Translations under genes and position numbers: made by a program
Shown: piece after piece, positions 29,430-39,467 of the stretch
Layout: every line of letters starts with the position of its first letter
How positions within the stretch are numbered: the stretch's first letter is position 1
NCBI GenBank assembly: GCA_964562525.1
Contig: CAZLTL010000006.1
Location: forward strand, 31,187-95,186
DNA from: an uncultured bacterium
GTDB taxonomy: Bacteria; Omnitrophota; Omnitrophia; Omnitrophales; Aquincolibacteriaceae
Reading direction: 5' to 3'
Length of the DNA stretch: 64,000 nt
Notes under the pieces: model-generated
What the model was told of the DNA's origin: nothing
Database searches by the model: none
What the model saw: the letters and a program-made list of their open reading frames with translations, nothing else

Positions 29430-30645
29430 GTCGATTGTCGTTTATATTGGCGGCAGGCGCATTGTCGCAATTTTAGGTTCGACTGATGCTGCGGTACCCA
29501 GTGTTTTACGTTTTCAGGAGCGCAAATTTCCCGACGGCTTAACGAACGGTCTCGTTACTAACTTACAAAACGCAACCAACTCCATTGAAAAGGTGCTGAG
29601 CGATTTAGCACCTCTTTCTGAATTGGAAAAGACGCCCGTTTACGTTGTTTTGGGAAACGCGTCTTTGCGCCAGCATCGCTTTGAAAGTTCCCAATATTAT
29701 TCTGCAACACGCACGATTACTGCGGAGGATGTGCGCGCGGTGATTCAGCAAACTCGCAGCGTCGCGACTTTGCCCTTAGCGGAGACTGTTCTTACCGCGT
29801 TGCCGGAATCATTCGTGGTAAATGATATGGGGGGCGTTAAAAATCCGATTGATTTGGAAGCCCAAAGACTGGGCGCTCAGGTGCAATTGTTTTCCATGGA
29901 TTATCAAAGTCTCCGCAATATTGTCAAAATATTCGAAGGCTTGGACCTTGAGGTGAAAGGTTTTTTTCCTAAGACTCTGACTGTTTCTGAAGCGGTTCTG
30001 AAGCCGGAACATAAACAGAATGGGTCGGTTGTGATCGATATTTCCGACCGTTCCACCGAGGTGATGGTTTGGAAAGATCAAAAGCTGGTTGTCTCTAAAT
30101 TTATTCCCGTCGGAGGAAGCTGGCTGACTGAAAAGATATCCTCCCGCTATAAGCTTGACCCCGCGGCCGCGGAAAGTTTGAAAGAGAAATATGGTTCTGT
30201 CGACAGCGATATCAAGGCAGATGAACTTATTCCGCTTTGGTCAAAGTCGGAGCAGTCGCGTGAGATGATCCGCCGGGGCGATTTTCAAGCTGTTTGGCTT
30301 GAGCTTGTTAAAGAGTGGATGACTTTGATTCATAAAGAAGTGGAACAAGTACTCAACGAAGCGAATGTTTTTCATCCGGAGACTTTCTTTACGGGAGGCC
30401 CGGTTCAAATGGACGGTTTTTTAGAGTGGATGCAGCGTGAGTTTAAAATAGAGGGGAAGATAGGCCTTTCTCATCAGCTGGATACGACGCCTGAAATTCT
30501 TCGCAGCCCGGTTTTGGTGCCTGCCTTAGGAATGCTGCATTGGATTGATTATTTTAAGCGGGAACTCGAACCGCTTTATGTTCCGCGCGGCGTTCTTGAA
30601 AAATCTATTTTGACAGCGAAGACTTGGTTCGCGAATTACTTTTAG
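29401..30645 (+). CDS. ftsA: Cell division protein FtsA (actin-like ATPase)
   Basis: FtsA-like blocks: ITAEDVRAVIQQ, PESFVVNDMGGVKNPIDLEAQRLG, SVVIDISDRSTEVMVW, IPVGGSWLTEKI. The phosphate-1 motif is divergent (VVYIGGRRIV). Confidence 0.82.
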   Translation: MNPGEIRKGKSIVVYIGGRRIVAILGSTDAAVPSVLRFQERKFPDGLTNGLVTNLQNATNSIEKVLSDLAPLSELEKTPVYVVLGNASLRQHRFESSQYYSATRTITAEDVRAVIQQTRSVATLPLAETVLTALPESFVVNDMGGVKNPIDLEAQRLGAQVQLFSMDYQSLRNIVKIFEGLDLEVKGFFPKTLTVSEAVLKPEHKQNGSVVIDISDRSTEVMVWKDQKLVVSKFIPVGGSWLTEKISSRYKLDPAAAESLKEKYGSVDSDIKADELIPLWSKSEQSREMIRRGDFQAVWLELVKEWMTLIHKEVEQVLNEANVFHPETFFTGGPVQMDGFLEWMQREFKIEGKIGLSHQLDTTPEILRSPVLVPALGMLHWIDYFKRELEPLYVPRGVLEKSILTAKTWFANYF

Positions 30646-30667
30646 AGTCTACTTTTTTGGAGCTTTC

Positions 30668-31285
30668 ATGAAAAAAAATATCATAGCTTTAAATTCATTA
30701 CTTTTAATCATTGCCATGTCTTTTTCGATGCCGGGATCGGCGCAGGAGCTTTCAGCCCAGCAAGGGGTCGAAGCCTTTTTGAACACGATTCGTTCAATGG
30801 ATTTTCCCGTTAAAGATGCCGCGCTGCATGATCAGAAAACTCAGCAGGCCGCGGCCTTTCTCGATCTTCAGGCTATGGGGCAGAAAGCTCTCGGCGCGAA
30901 TTGGACCGCAATGACCGCGGATCAGCAGAAGCAATTTATGGAATTGCTTTGGAAGCTGATTGAAAACATTGCTTATCCGCGCACCAAGAGTTTTTTAGGC
31001 GAGCAGAAAATTACTTATACCGATACAAAACAAGTTGAGCAGGGCGCCGAAGTGTCCAGCTTGGTGCATGATAGTGAAGCCGCGCTGGATGTTCCGATTG
31101 TTTATCATCTCTACCAAGACGGCACGCAATGGAAAATCAAAGATATTTTTATGGACGGTGTTTCCATGACAGAAGATTTGCAGTATCAATTCGATAAAAT
31201 GATCCAAGATGGATCCATCCAAACGCTGCTGGACCGCATGAGTGAACGTTTAGTTCAGGCTCAAAAAGAAACAACGGGCGCTTAA
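30668..31285 (+). CDS. MlaC/Ttg2D-family periplasmic lipid-binding protein (HpnM-like)
   Basis: Signal peptide (...MPGSAQE). Family-typical blocks: FLDLQAMGQKALGANW, QQKQFMELLWKLIENIAYP, WKIKDIFMDGVSM. Confidence 0.75.
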   Translation: MKKNIIALNSLLLIIAMSFSMPGSAQELSAQQGVEAFLNTIRSMDFPVKDAALHDQKTQQAAAFLDLQAMGQKALGANWTAMTADQQKQFMELLWKLIENIAYPRTKSFLGEQKITYTDTKQVEQGAEVSSLVHDSEAALDVPIVYHLYQDGTQWKIKDIFMDGVSMTEDLQYQFDKMIQDGSIQTLLDRMSERLVQAQKETTGA

Positions 31286-31287
31286 TT

Positions 31288-33684
31288 TTGTCCCGCCGCT
31301 TTAGTTTTGTTCATAGTCAGGCGCGGTTAATCAACCGCTATGCTTTCGGAATTTTATTGGCGCTCACGCTCGTCACGGTTCTTTTGTTCCCGGCTGCCGC
31401 TCAATTAAAAATCAAAGCCAATTTTCTGTCTCTTCTTCCTTCCTCAGCGGCTAGTGTCAAAAGTCTCGAAAAACTCATCGATAAAATCGGCGGAACGAGC
31501 TACATCATCGTCGCTGTCGAATCGGAAGATGAAGAAAGCGCGCGGATTGCGGCGGAAAAGCTGGCGGCTGCGGCGAAGTCTTTTGATCAGGTTGAGTCAG
31601 CTGACAACCGAAGCAGTATTCCCGAATATGCCAAGCGGCATATGCTTTTTTTTAGCCTGGAAAGTTTAAAAAAATTTGAGAAAGAGATTCAGAGCTTTAT
31701 TGATTTTCAGCGCCGTAAAAACAGCCCTTTTTCATTGGACTTGATTCAGGAAGATGAGCCGAAAGTTGATGCGGACGCGCTCGATTTTGAAGAAAAAGTT
31801 TACAGTATCGGTGCCTTTCCAAAAAATGAGAGCGGAACGGCGATGCGGATTGTTTTGATTAAGCCGCATTTTCAAGTCGGAGACTTTGTTCCTTCCAAAC
31901 AAATGTTTGACCGGATTGATACTGCTTTTGCCGAAATCGCGCGGATGGTTCCGGAACCGGTGACCTATGGAATCACGGGGCCTTACAAGACCCGTTACGA
32001 TGAATACCATACCATTACTCAAGATTTGAAACTGACAACCGGCGTGACTTTGTTTTTAATCGGCGTTTGCCTTATTTTAGGGTTTCGGACTTTGCGGTCG
32101 CTTTTATTGGGATTTTTGCCTTTGGGCATTGGGATGGTTTGGATGTGCGCGTTTGCCACTTTTGCCGTGGGGTATCTCAACTTGATTTCCGGTTTTCTGC
32201 TCGGAATTATGACAGGGATGGGGATTGACTATAGTTTGCATATGTTGGTCGATTTGGAAGAGGAGCGTTCCAAGACGAAAAGCACATATAAAGCCGTTGA
32301 GCGCACCATCCGCTCTCTCGGAATGCCGCTTTTTACAAGTGTTTTAACTACGGTTATCGCTTTTTTGACGCTGACGATAAGTGGTTTTGAGGGTTATCGC
32401 CATTTTGGATTGATTGCGGGGGTGGGGTTGGTACTTTGCGCTGTTACCATTTTTTATGGATTACCCAGTCTTTTGGTGGTGGGCGAAAAATTCAAATTAT
32501 TCCGCTGGAACGGAACTCCTTCGAGCATGCATTTGCGCGAACCGCGTCGTGGGCCCGTGTTAGTCATTGCCGGAGCGGGAATTCTTTTCTCTATTATTTG
32601 CTTTTTCCAATTACCTCGGGTTCAATTCGAGTTTGACTTTACCAAACTTCAAGAGCGCGATGCGCCCGCTATGGATCTCGCGCAAAGAATCGGTGATCAT
32701 TTCGGAGTAGTCCTTAATCCGGTTGCTATTCTGACGCCCAATCTTGAGCGTGCGGGAGAGGTTTCAAAGCGGATCAATGAACACGTTGCCGCGAATTCTA
32801 ACAGCCATATCGATTTTTCGGCCTCGCTCATGACCCAGGTTCCTAAGCAGCAGGAAGAAAAAATCGTAGTTCTGCAGTCCATCCGTTCGAAATTGGATCG
32901 CTATAACCGGCTGATTCAGTCCTTGGATGCGGATACCCGAAAAAAAATATCGGATTTGCGTGAACAGCTTGAACCGGAAATTTTGACTTTGGACCGTTTG
33001 CCGGAGACCGTGAAAGAACAGTATGAAGGCAAAACAGGCGAGCTTTCCGCCGTTTTTGTTTATCCGAATCAGAGCATTATGGATGGACGATTCGCGCAAA
33101 AATTTGTCAAAGAAGTGGAAAGCTTGAATTTACCGTCCGATGTCGAGCTTGCCGGAGAGCCCATGATTTATGTCGAAATTTTGTCGATGCTCGAGCGTGA
33201 CACACCACGCGCGGTGGGGCTGAGCTTGATCGTGATCATTGTATTGCTTTTTATTCACTTCCGAAATCCTTTGGACGTGATGTGGGTTTTGCTTCCGATT
33301 TTAACCGGGTTTCTCTGGATGTGCGGCACCGCGGCCATTTTAGGAGTGAACTTCAACTATATGAATATGTCGATTTTGCCCTGCATTTTGGGTGTGGGTA
33401 TTGATAGCGGTGTTTATATTTTTCACCGCTATAAAAAAGAGAAAAAATCAACGATGGCTCAAATTCTGGATAAAACCGGAAAAGCCGTCATTTTGTCTTC
33501 ACTAACCACGATGTGCGCGTTCGGCAGTTTGTTCTTGGCGAAGCATCAGGGGATGTCGTCCATGGGGGCGCTGGGGTTTATTGGATTTGGCTGCTGTATG
33601 CTGGCATCGGTGGCTTTTGTCCCGGCGCTGATGGAAATATTAGCGATGAAATATTGGCGCCCTTTCGGACATTCCGTGAAATAG
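31288..33684 (+). CDS. MMPL/RND-superfamily exporter (HpnN-like)
   Basis: 798 aa with two 6-TM bundles, each preceded by a large loop. Contains MMPL-type motifs (GMGIDYSLHM; GVGIDSGVYIFHRY). TTG start. Confidence 0.85.
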   Translation: MSRRFSFVHSQARLINRYAFGILLALTLVTVLLFPAAAQLKIKANFLSLLPSSAASVKSLEKLIDKIGGTSYIIVAVESEDEESARIAAEKLAAAAKSFDQVESADNRSSIPEYAKRHMLFFSLESLKKFEKEIQSFIDFQRRKNSPFSLDLIQEDEPKVDADALDFEEKVYSIGAFPKNESGTAMRIVLIKPHFQVGDFVPSKQMFDRIDTAFAEIARMVPEPVTYGITGPYKTRYDEYHTITQDLKLTTGVTLFLIGVCLILGFRTLRSLLLGFLPLGIGMVWMCAFATFAVGYLNLISGFLLGIMTGMGIDYSLHMLVDLEEERSKTKSTYKAVERTIRSLGMPLFTSVLTTVIAFLTLTISGFEGYRHFGLIAGVGLVLCAVTIFYGLPSLLVVGEKFKLFRWNGTPSSMHLREPRRGPVLVIAGAGILFSIICFFQLPRVQFEFDFTKLQERDAPAMDLAQRIGDHFGVVLNPVAILTPNLERAGEVSKRINEHVAANSNSHIDFSASLMTQVPKQQEEKIVVLQSIRSKLDRYNRLIQSLDADTRKKISDLREQLEPEILTLDRLPETVKEQYEGKTGELSAVFVYPNQSIMDGRFAQKFVKEVESLNLPSDVELAGEPMIYVEILSMLERDTPRAVGLSLIVIIVLLFIHFRNPLDVMWVLLPILTGFLWMCGTAAILGVNFNYMNMSILPCILGVGIDSGVYIFHRYKKEKKSTMAQILDKTGKAVILSSLTTMCAFGSLFLAKHQGMSSMGALGFIGFGCCMLASVAFVPALMEILAMKYWRPFGHSVK

Positions 33685-33700
33685 CTGTTTAAGAAACAGC
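33684..33700. terminator. Hairpin between convergent genes (GCTGTTT-AAG-AAACAGC)
   Basis: Perfect 7-bp inverted repeat with a 3-nt loop, spanning both stop codons. The stem is AT-rich and the U-tracts are weak. Confidence 0.35.
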
Positions 33701-34165
33701 CTTCATTTTCTCTTCTAGCAAGTCGAGCTCATTCAGTAAAACATTATAAGCAACCTGCACGGAACCATCGGGATACTTGACCAAAAGCAGTTCTTTTTTA
33801 CCTTCCGATCTTAGAACGTATTTTTTAAGAAAAGTGCGCGTGTCCTGACCTTTTTCATAACGGTTCCGGACAAGCCACATTCCGCCGCGATACGCTTCAA
33901 CCCAGCTATACCAGTTACCATCGTAGTAATACTGTAAATCTTTCGGGGCCTCTTTAAGACGTTGAAAGAAGTATTGCTGCTCCTGCACCGGACCTCGTTG
34001 GCTTTGGGCGAAGGTTTTAAACGCTTCGGTGTTTTCAATCGGGACCGGTCCTAAATAGACTTTGCTGCCTTCCGGGGTGACACCCTTGAGGTAAGGAGTT
34101 GTGGCGCAAGCGGTCAGTCCCGCAATAAAGATCAAAGTTAAAATGGAACGTATTGAAAGTTTCAT
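33689..34165 (-). CDS. Hypothetical lipoprotein (158 aa)
   Basis: Signal peptide with lipobox (IAGLTAC). No recognisable domain. Confidence 0.7.
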   Translation of the reverse strand: MKLSIRSILTLIFIAGLTACATTPYLKGVTPEGSKVYLGPVPIENTEAFKTFAQSQRGPVQEQQYFFQRLKEAPKDLQYYYDGNWYSWVEAYRGGMWLVRNRYEKGQDTRTFLKKYVLRSEGKKELLLVKYPDGSVQVAYNVLLNELDLLEEKMKAVS

Positions 34166-34259
34166 GATTAAAGCCCTCAGGGTTGATATTCGGCATTATA
34201 AAAGAGGACAACAGCAGCACCAAGCCCAAAAAAGAAATAGAAAAAGCTGCGGTGACTGC

Positions 34260-34288
34260 TTGTCCGTGTTGGATTGTCCCGATATAAT
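34260..34288 (+). promoter_or_regulatory. Candidate sigma70-type promoter for the gcv operon
   Basis: TTGTCC (34260-34265), a 17-nt spacer, then TATAAT (34283-34288), about 36 nt upstream of the gcvT ATG. Confidence 0.4.
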
Positions 34289-34324
34289 CACGGCTCATTC
34301 TTCTAATTTGAAAGGGCTTTTTTT

Positions 34325-35416
34325 ATGTCATCCACTTCCGCTGCTGTTCGTCGGTTACCTTTACACGCCCGTCATGTAGAGAAAAACGCCCGTATCGGCC
34401 AATTCGGTAATTGGGAAGTTCCGCTTTATTACACCAGCATTCTTCAAGAGCATCATGCCGTCCGTCAAAAGGCGGGGGTGTTTGATATTTCGCATATGGG
34501 CGAGTTTTTTGTTTCCGGCCCCGCGGCTTGCGAGTATCTCAATAAAATTTTACCGCGTTCGATTGAAAAAATGCTGCCGGGTCAGGCATGGTATGTGCCA
34601 CTTTTAAATGATCAGGGTGGTTTGGTTGACGACATCATTGTTTACGCCAAAGCTCATAATGATTATTTAGTGATTGTGAACGCGGGCAATGTAGATAAAG
34701 ATCGCGCTTGGTTTGAAAAAAATTTGATCCCCGGTGTTACTTTTAAAGATCGTTCGGATGAATTTGGGTTGCTCGCGATTCAGGGGCCTGCCAGTGTTGC
34801 CGTGCTTCAAGATGCGTTCGGGCAATTTTATATCGGCTTAAAAAATTATTCTTTTGCTTCTTTCGGCGGAGGCATGATTGCGCGCACGGGCTACACGGGG
34901 GAAGACGGCTTTGAAATTATGGTGCCCACGGCGAAGCTGGATGAAATCTGGCAAACTCTCATGCGTGCCGGCGCAAAACATGGATTGGTACCGGTCGGGT
35001 TCGGCGCACGCGATACTTTGCGTCTTGAAGCCGCCATGCCGCTTTATGGGCATGAATTGAACGATGAAATCTCACCCGTTGAAGCCGGGCTTTCGATGTT
35101 TATTGATTGGATGAAAACGGGCGATACGGCTCGCGCTCAAATGAATGCGATTAAGCAGGCCGGCCCTAAGCGTAAACGGGTTGGGTTTGAGTTAGTTGGG
35201 CGTGGTATTGCGCGCGAAGGAGCCGAAGTGACCGTCAACGGCCAAAAAGTGGGCTGGGTGACGAGCGGAGCCCCTTCGCCGACGCTTGGGAAGACGATTG
35301 GCATGGCTTATGTCTCGGCGGATTTAGCGGTTTTAGATGGAGTTATAGATATTATGATTCGTGGCTCGGCCGTGCCAGCTAAAATCGTAAAACTTCCATT
35401 TTACAAACGCAAGTAA
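34325..35416 (+). CDS. gcvT: Glycine cleavage system aminomethyltransferase (T protein)
   Basis: VFDISHMGEF and RTGYTGEDGFEI motifs. 363 aa. Operon context. Confidence 0.95.
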   Translation: MSSTSAAVRRLPLHARHVEKNARIGQFGNWEVPLYYTSILQEHHAVRQKAGVFDISHMGEFFVSGPAACEYLNKILPRSIEKMLPGQAWYVPLLNDQGGLVDDIIVYAKAHNDYLVIVNAGNVDKDRAWFEKNLIPGVTFKDRSDEFGLLAIQGPASVAVLQDAFGQFYIGLKNYSFASFGGGMIARTGYTGEDGFEIMVPTAKLDEIWQTLMRAGAKHGLVPVGFGARDTLRLEAAMPLYGHELNDEISPVEAGLSMFIDWMKTGDTARAQMNAIKQAGPKRKRVGFELVGRGIAREGAEVTVNGQKVGWVTSGAPSPTLGKTIGMAYVSADLAVLDGVIDIMIRGSAVPAKIVKLPFYKRK

Positions 35417-35435
35417 TGGAATATAATCTGCGTCT

Positions 35436-35458
35436 CTGCGCTACCCGTAGCGCGGTTT
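35436..35458 (+). terminator. Intra-operon stem-loop followed by a T-rich stretch (gcvT-gcvH spacer)
   Basis: CTGCGCTA-CCCG-TAGCGCGG (8 bp including one G-U pair), followed by TTTACTCGTTTTAATTCCTTTTGTTTTTT. Confidence 0.4.
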
Positions 35459-35504
35459 ACTCGTTTTAATTCCTTTTGTTTTTTACGGCTTATAAGGAGC
35501 TTTC

Positions 35505-35894
35505 ATGAACTTTCCTGAAAATTTGAAATACACCAAAACGCATGAATGGATTTCCGTGAACGGCTCTACGGCCAAAGTCGGAATTACCGAGTACGCACAA
35601 AAAGAAATTTCAGACGTGGTGTTTGTGGAGTTGCCTAAAGTTGCTTTCGGAGCCATCAAAGAAAAAGGCGCTGCGGTAGTTGAGTCCGTGAAAGCAGCTT
35701 TTGATATTTATGCTCCCGTGTCAGGCACGGTGACCTCGATCAATAAAGAACTCGAATCGAACCCCGGACTTGTTAATCAAGATTGCTATGGCACGGGCTG
35801 GTTCTTTGAAATGCAGTTGTCGGATCCCGCTCAAGTCAACACTTTGATGTCTGCCAAAGATTACGCCGCGCATATTCAAAGCGCTGCGCATTAA
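35505..35894 (+). CDS. gcvH: Glycine cleavage system H protein (lipoyl carrier)
   Basis: 129 aa. Lipoyl-lysine motif VVESVKAAFDIYAPVSG. Confidence 0.96.
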   Translation: MNFPENLKYTKTHEWISVNGSTAKVGITEYAQKEISDVVFVELPKVAFGAIKEKGAAVVESVKAAFDIYAPVSGTVTSINKELESNPGLVNQDCYGTGWFFEMQLSDPAQVNTLMSAKDYAAHIQSAAH

Positions 35895-35906
35895 TCGGGC
35901 GGGTTT

Positions 35907-37244
35907 ATGCAATACCATCCGATTACTGCCGACGACGAAGCAAAAATTCTTGAGGCCGCAGGCGTTGCTTCTTTCGATGATTTAGTCAAAGGCATTCCTG
36001 CATCTCTGCGCAATCCCAAGTTGAATTTGCCTGCGGGCATGAACGAGATGGATGTTCAAAATCTCATCCGCTCATTTGGCACTAAAAATCAATCCACTAA
36101 AACTGTTTCTTCGTTTTTAGGCGCAGGCAGTTATGAGCATTTTGTACCTTCTGTGGTTTTTGAAATTCTCGCGCGCAGCGAATTTTTAACCGCGTATACG
36201 CCTTATCAGCCGGAAGCTTCACAGGGAACTTTGCAGGCTGTTTTTGAGTACCAAAGTTTGATTGCTGAATTGACCGGCTTGGATGTTTCCAACGCGTCGC
36301 ATTATGACGGAGCGACGTCGCTCGCCGAAGCCTGCATTTTAGCCGCGCGCCATACAGGGAAGAGCCGCATTGTTGCCGCGTCTTCTCTTCATCCGGATTA
36401 CCGCGAAGTCTTGGAAACTTATCTTTTATCCGCTTCATTTCAACTTGATTCTTTTGCTTATCAAGCCAATTTGTCTTTGGATCGTGCCGCGCTTTTAAAA
36501 TCGCTTACGCCGGATACTGCAGCTGTTGTGATTCAAACTCCGAATTATTTTGGAATTGTTGAAGATCTGACCGGTCTTGCGGATGAATTACACGCGAAAG
36601 GGATTTTGCTGATTCTTGCTTCTAACCCGATTTCCATGGGCGTCTTGAAAACTCCGGGCGAATGGGGCGCGGATATTGCGGTGGGCGAAGGTCAGCCTTT
36701 GGGTGTGCCAATGAGCTATGGCGGACCGTACTTGGGTTATTTTGCCGTAACGAAAGAATTGATGCGTAAAATTCCGGGACGCATCGCAGGTTTAACCGAA
36801 GACTCCAACGGCAACCGTGCCTTTGTTTTGACGCTTCAGGCGCGCGAGCAGCATATTCGCCGTGAAAAAGCGATGTCCAATATTTGTACAAACCAAGCTT
36901 TGATCGCACTTGCGGCCACGGTTTATATGACATTGATGGGTAAGGCCGGTATTCGCGAAGTAGGCGAACTTAATTTGGACCGCGCAAATTATTTGCGCGA
37001 ACAAATTTCGAAAATTAAAGGCTTCCGTGTTGATTTGACACAGCCCATTTTCAATGAATTTGTGGTGACAGCTGATAAACCGTTTGCCGAGATCGAAGCA
37101 ACCATGCTTAAAAAAGGATTTTTTGTCGGTGTTCCCCTTGAGAAACATTTTCCGCAGCTGAAAAACTCTTTTTTGGTTTGCGCGACGGAAACGAAATCGA
37201 AAGCTGATTTGGACGCTTTTGTGGAAGGGTTGAAACAATGTTAA
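35907..37244 (+). CDS. gcvPA: Glycine dehydrogenase (decarboxylating) subunit 1
   Basis: 445 aa. Split-type P-protein alpha subunit (YTPYQPEASQGTLQ). Operon context. Confidence 0.94.
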   Translation: MQYHPITADDEAKILEAAGVASFDDLVKGIPASLRNPKLNLPAGMNEMDVQNLIRSFGTKNQSTKTVSSFLGAGSYEHFVPSVVFEILARSEFLTAYTPYQPEASQGTLQAVFEYQSLIAELTGLDVSNASHYDGATSLAEACILAARHTGKSRIVAASSLHPDYREVLETYLLSASFQLDSFAYQANLSLDRAALLKSLTPDTAAVVIQTPNYFGIVEDLTGLADELHAKGILLILASNPISMGVLKTPGEWGADIAVGEGQPLGVPMSYGGPYLGYFAVTKELMRKIPGRIAGLTEDSNGNRAFVLTLQAREQHIRREKAMSNICTNQALIALAATVYMTLMGKAGIREVGELNLDRANYLREQISKIKGFRVDLTQPIFNEFVVTADKPFAEIEATMLKKGFFVGVPLEKHFPQLKNSFLVCATETKSKADLDAFVEGLKQC

Positions 37245-38734
37245 TCTCAAATGACTCCCGTCTCAGTTTTGAAAAAAGCCGTCCCGGCCGTCGCGGAGCT
37301 TTGTTGCCGACCGACCGATTAACGCAAAGCAAATTACCGCAGAATTTGAAGCGAGCCACACCGCTCGCTTTTCCTGAAATCTCTGAACCCGAAGCGATGC
37401 GCCATTTTGTTAATTTGTCGCGCAAGAACTTTTCTATCGATACTCATTTTTATCCGCTTGGAAGCTGTACGATGAAGTACAACCCTAAGGTGAATGAATG
37501 GGCGGCACGCCACCGTAAATTTGCATCATTGCATCCGCTTCAGCCGATTTCCACTGTGCAGGGCATGCTTCGTACCATGGTTGAACTTGAAGAAGGTTTG
37601 ATGACCATTGCCGGCATGGACCGTTTTACTCTTCAGCCTGCGGCTGGTGCGCACGGTGAATTAACCGGTTTGATGATTGTGCATGCATACCACAAAGCTC
37701 GCGGCGATAATCATCGCCGTAAAGTTTTGGTTCCTGACTCCAGTCACGGCACGAATCCAGCGACTGCGGCTTTAGTGGGTTATGAAGTGGTGCAAATGAA
37801 ATCCAATGAACGCGGCCGTTTGTCGGTAGCCGAACTCGAAAAACATTTGGATGATAATGTTGCGTGTTTAATGCTTACTAACCCTAATACGCTAGGGCTT
37901 TTTGAAGAAGATATTTTGGAAGTCGCCAAACGCGTGCATGCCAAGGGTGGTTTGCTGTATTACGACGGAGCGAATTTAAACGCTCTTCTTGGTTTGGCGC
38001 GTCCCGGCGATATGGGTTTTGATATCGTGCATATCAATTTGCATAAAACTTTTTCCACTCCGCATGGCGGCGGCGGTCCCGGTTCAGGTCCTGTCGGTGT
38101 AAAAAAGCATTTGATTCCATTTTTGCCGCATCCTTTGGTTGAGAAAAAAGGGGATTCGTATGTTTTTTCCGAAAAGTCACCGCAATCAATCGGCCGCGTG
38201 AAAGCGTTTCATGGCAATGCCGGAACTTTATTACGCGCTTTTGTTTATCTCCGTTCGCTTGGCTTGGAAGGAATCAAAAAAACCGGCCGTGACGCGGTTT
38301 TGAACGCGAATTATGTGCGTGTGAAACTGCGCGATTCTTTTAAACCCGCGGTGGATGAGCCTTGTATGCATGAATTTGTTTTGACCTTGAAGCCCGAACA
38401 AGCCGCTCAGCATCTGCATGCGTCTGATATCGGTAAGCGCCTTTTGGACTATGGGTTTCACGCGCCGACGGTTCATTTTCCGCTCGTGGTTCCGGATTCA
38501 ATTATGATTGAGCCGACGGAATCGGAAAGCTTAGAAACTTTGGATAATTTCATCACGGCTATGAAAGAGATTGCCGATGAAATTGCAAATGAACCGGATA
38601 AGGTTCGTTTGGCGCCGCATCATTTGCCGATTCGCCGTCCCAATGAAGTTCTCGCGGCTCGCAAGCCGATTTTGACCTACAAGGATTATCTGCGCGAGAA
38701 CGCTCCGGCGGAGCCCGCTGTTTTAGCGAAGTGA
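37238..38734 (+). CDS. gcvPB: Glycine dehydrogenase (decarboxylating) subunit 2
   Basis: 498 aa. PLP-lysine region NLHKTFSTPHGGGGPG. Overlaps gcvPA by 7 nt. Confidence 0.95.
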   Translation: MLISNDSRLSFEKSRPGRRGALLPTDRLTQSKLPQNLKRATPLAFPEISEPEAMRHFVNLSRKNFSIDTHFYPLGSCTMKYNPKVNEWAARHRKFASLHPLQPISTVQGMLRTMVELEEGLMTIAGMDRFTLQPAAGAHGELTGLMIVHAYHKARGDNHRRKVLVPDSSHGTNPATAALVGYEVVQMKSNERGRLSVAELEKHLDDNVACLMLTNPNTLGLFEEDILEVAKRVHAKGGLLYYDGANLNALLGLARPGDMGFDIVHINLHKTFSTPHGGGGPGSGPVGVKKHLIPFLPHPLVEKKGDSYVFSEKSPQSIGRVKAFHGNAGTLLRAFVYLRSLGLEGIKKTGRDAVLNANYVRVKLRDSFKPAVDEPCMHEFVLTLKPEQAAQHLHASDIGKRLLDYGFHAPTVHFPLVVPDSIMIEPTESESLETLDNFITAMKEIADEIANEPDKVRLAPHHLPIRRPNEVLAARKPILTYKDYLRENAPAEPAVLAK

Positions 38735-39462
38735 CGACTTGGAATCTTTTTCCAACTTTGTCGGCGCCAATGCCGCTGCAAATGGCGATCGACCGTCTTC
38801 TATTTGAGCAACATCATCGTGGTTGCGCCGACGGCGCAGAGCCAAGACCCATACTGCGTATTTTTTATTCGTCTGAGCCTTGGTGCTCGGTGGGATATGC
38901 CGCTGAAAAGAAATCAGGTTATTTTTTAGAATCTTCCCGGCATGCGCTTCAAACTTTGCCGGTTTGCCGAAGAGTGACGGGAGGCGGAACCGTGATACAC
39001 GGACAAGATCTCATTTTTGCTCTTTGCGCACGCAAAGAAGACGACCCGGTCAAATTTGAAAGTGTTGAAACCAGCTACCGCCATTTGCATGAAGCCGTCA
39101 AAATTGCTTTTGAAAAGCTGGGCATGAAGCCTGAGTTTTATCGCGATCAGCGTCTACAAACGGGCCGCGATTGTTTCTTGTTTCCTGTCGAAACTGATTT
39201 GCGTTTGGAGGGAAAAAAGATTGCCGGTGGTGCTCAGAAACGATCGGGGACAGTGTTTTTACATGAAGAGTCGATTCAGCCGCCCGAGGAAATTTCGCTC
39301 GTCAAACTGGAAGCGGAAATTCTCAATGCTTTTGAAAATTATTTTAACATTAAAATGGAACGAATTTTGATTGATCCCGAGCTCATCGCGGAAGCGGAAA
39401 AAATTGCACCCGATTCTGTACTTAAGGTCTCCGAGCTCAATATTTGGAATTCCGCGGTATAA
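38731..39462 (+). CDS. Lipoate-protein ligase / octanoyltransferase-like protein (BPL_LplA_LipB fold)
   Basis: RRVTGGGTVIHGQDL and GKKIAGGAQKR motifs. 4-nt overlap with gcvPB, which fits lipoylation of GcvH. Confidence 0.75.
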   Translation: MTTWNLFPTLSAPMPLQMAIDRLLFEQHHRGCADGAEPRPILRIFYSSEPWCSVGYAAEKKSGYFLESSRHALQTLPVCRRVTGGGTVIHGQDLIFALCARKEDDPVKFESVETSYRHLHEAVKIAFEKLGMKPEFYRDQRLQTGRDCFLFPVETDLRLEGKKIAGGAQKRSGTVFLHEESIQPPEEISLVKLEAEILNAFENYFNIKMERILIDPELIAEAEKIAPDSVLKVSELNIWNSAV

Positions 39463-39467
39463 ATTCC

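Noticed and set aside
30646-30667. Absence of ftsZ after ftsA as evidence for an FtsZ-less organism.
   Set aside because: The window covers only part of the genome and ftsZ is often unlinked. This is recorded only as a synteny observation.
34166-34324. A glycine riboswitch was expected upstream of gcvT.
   Set aside because: The 159-nt leader lacks the conserved glycine-riboswitch cores (GGAGAG...CACCGAAGGGGCAA-type elements). Only a promoter-like TTGTCC-17-TATAAT was seen.
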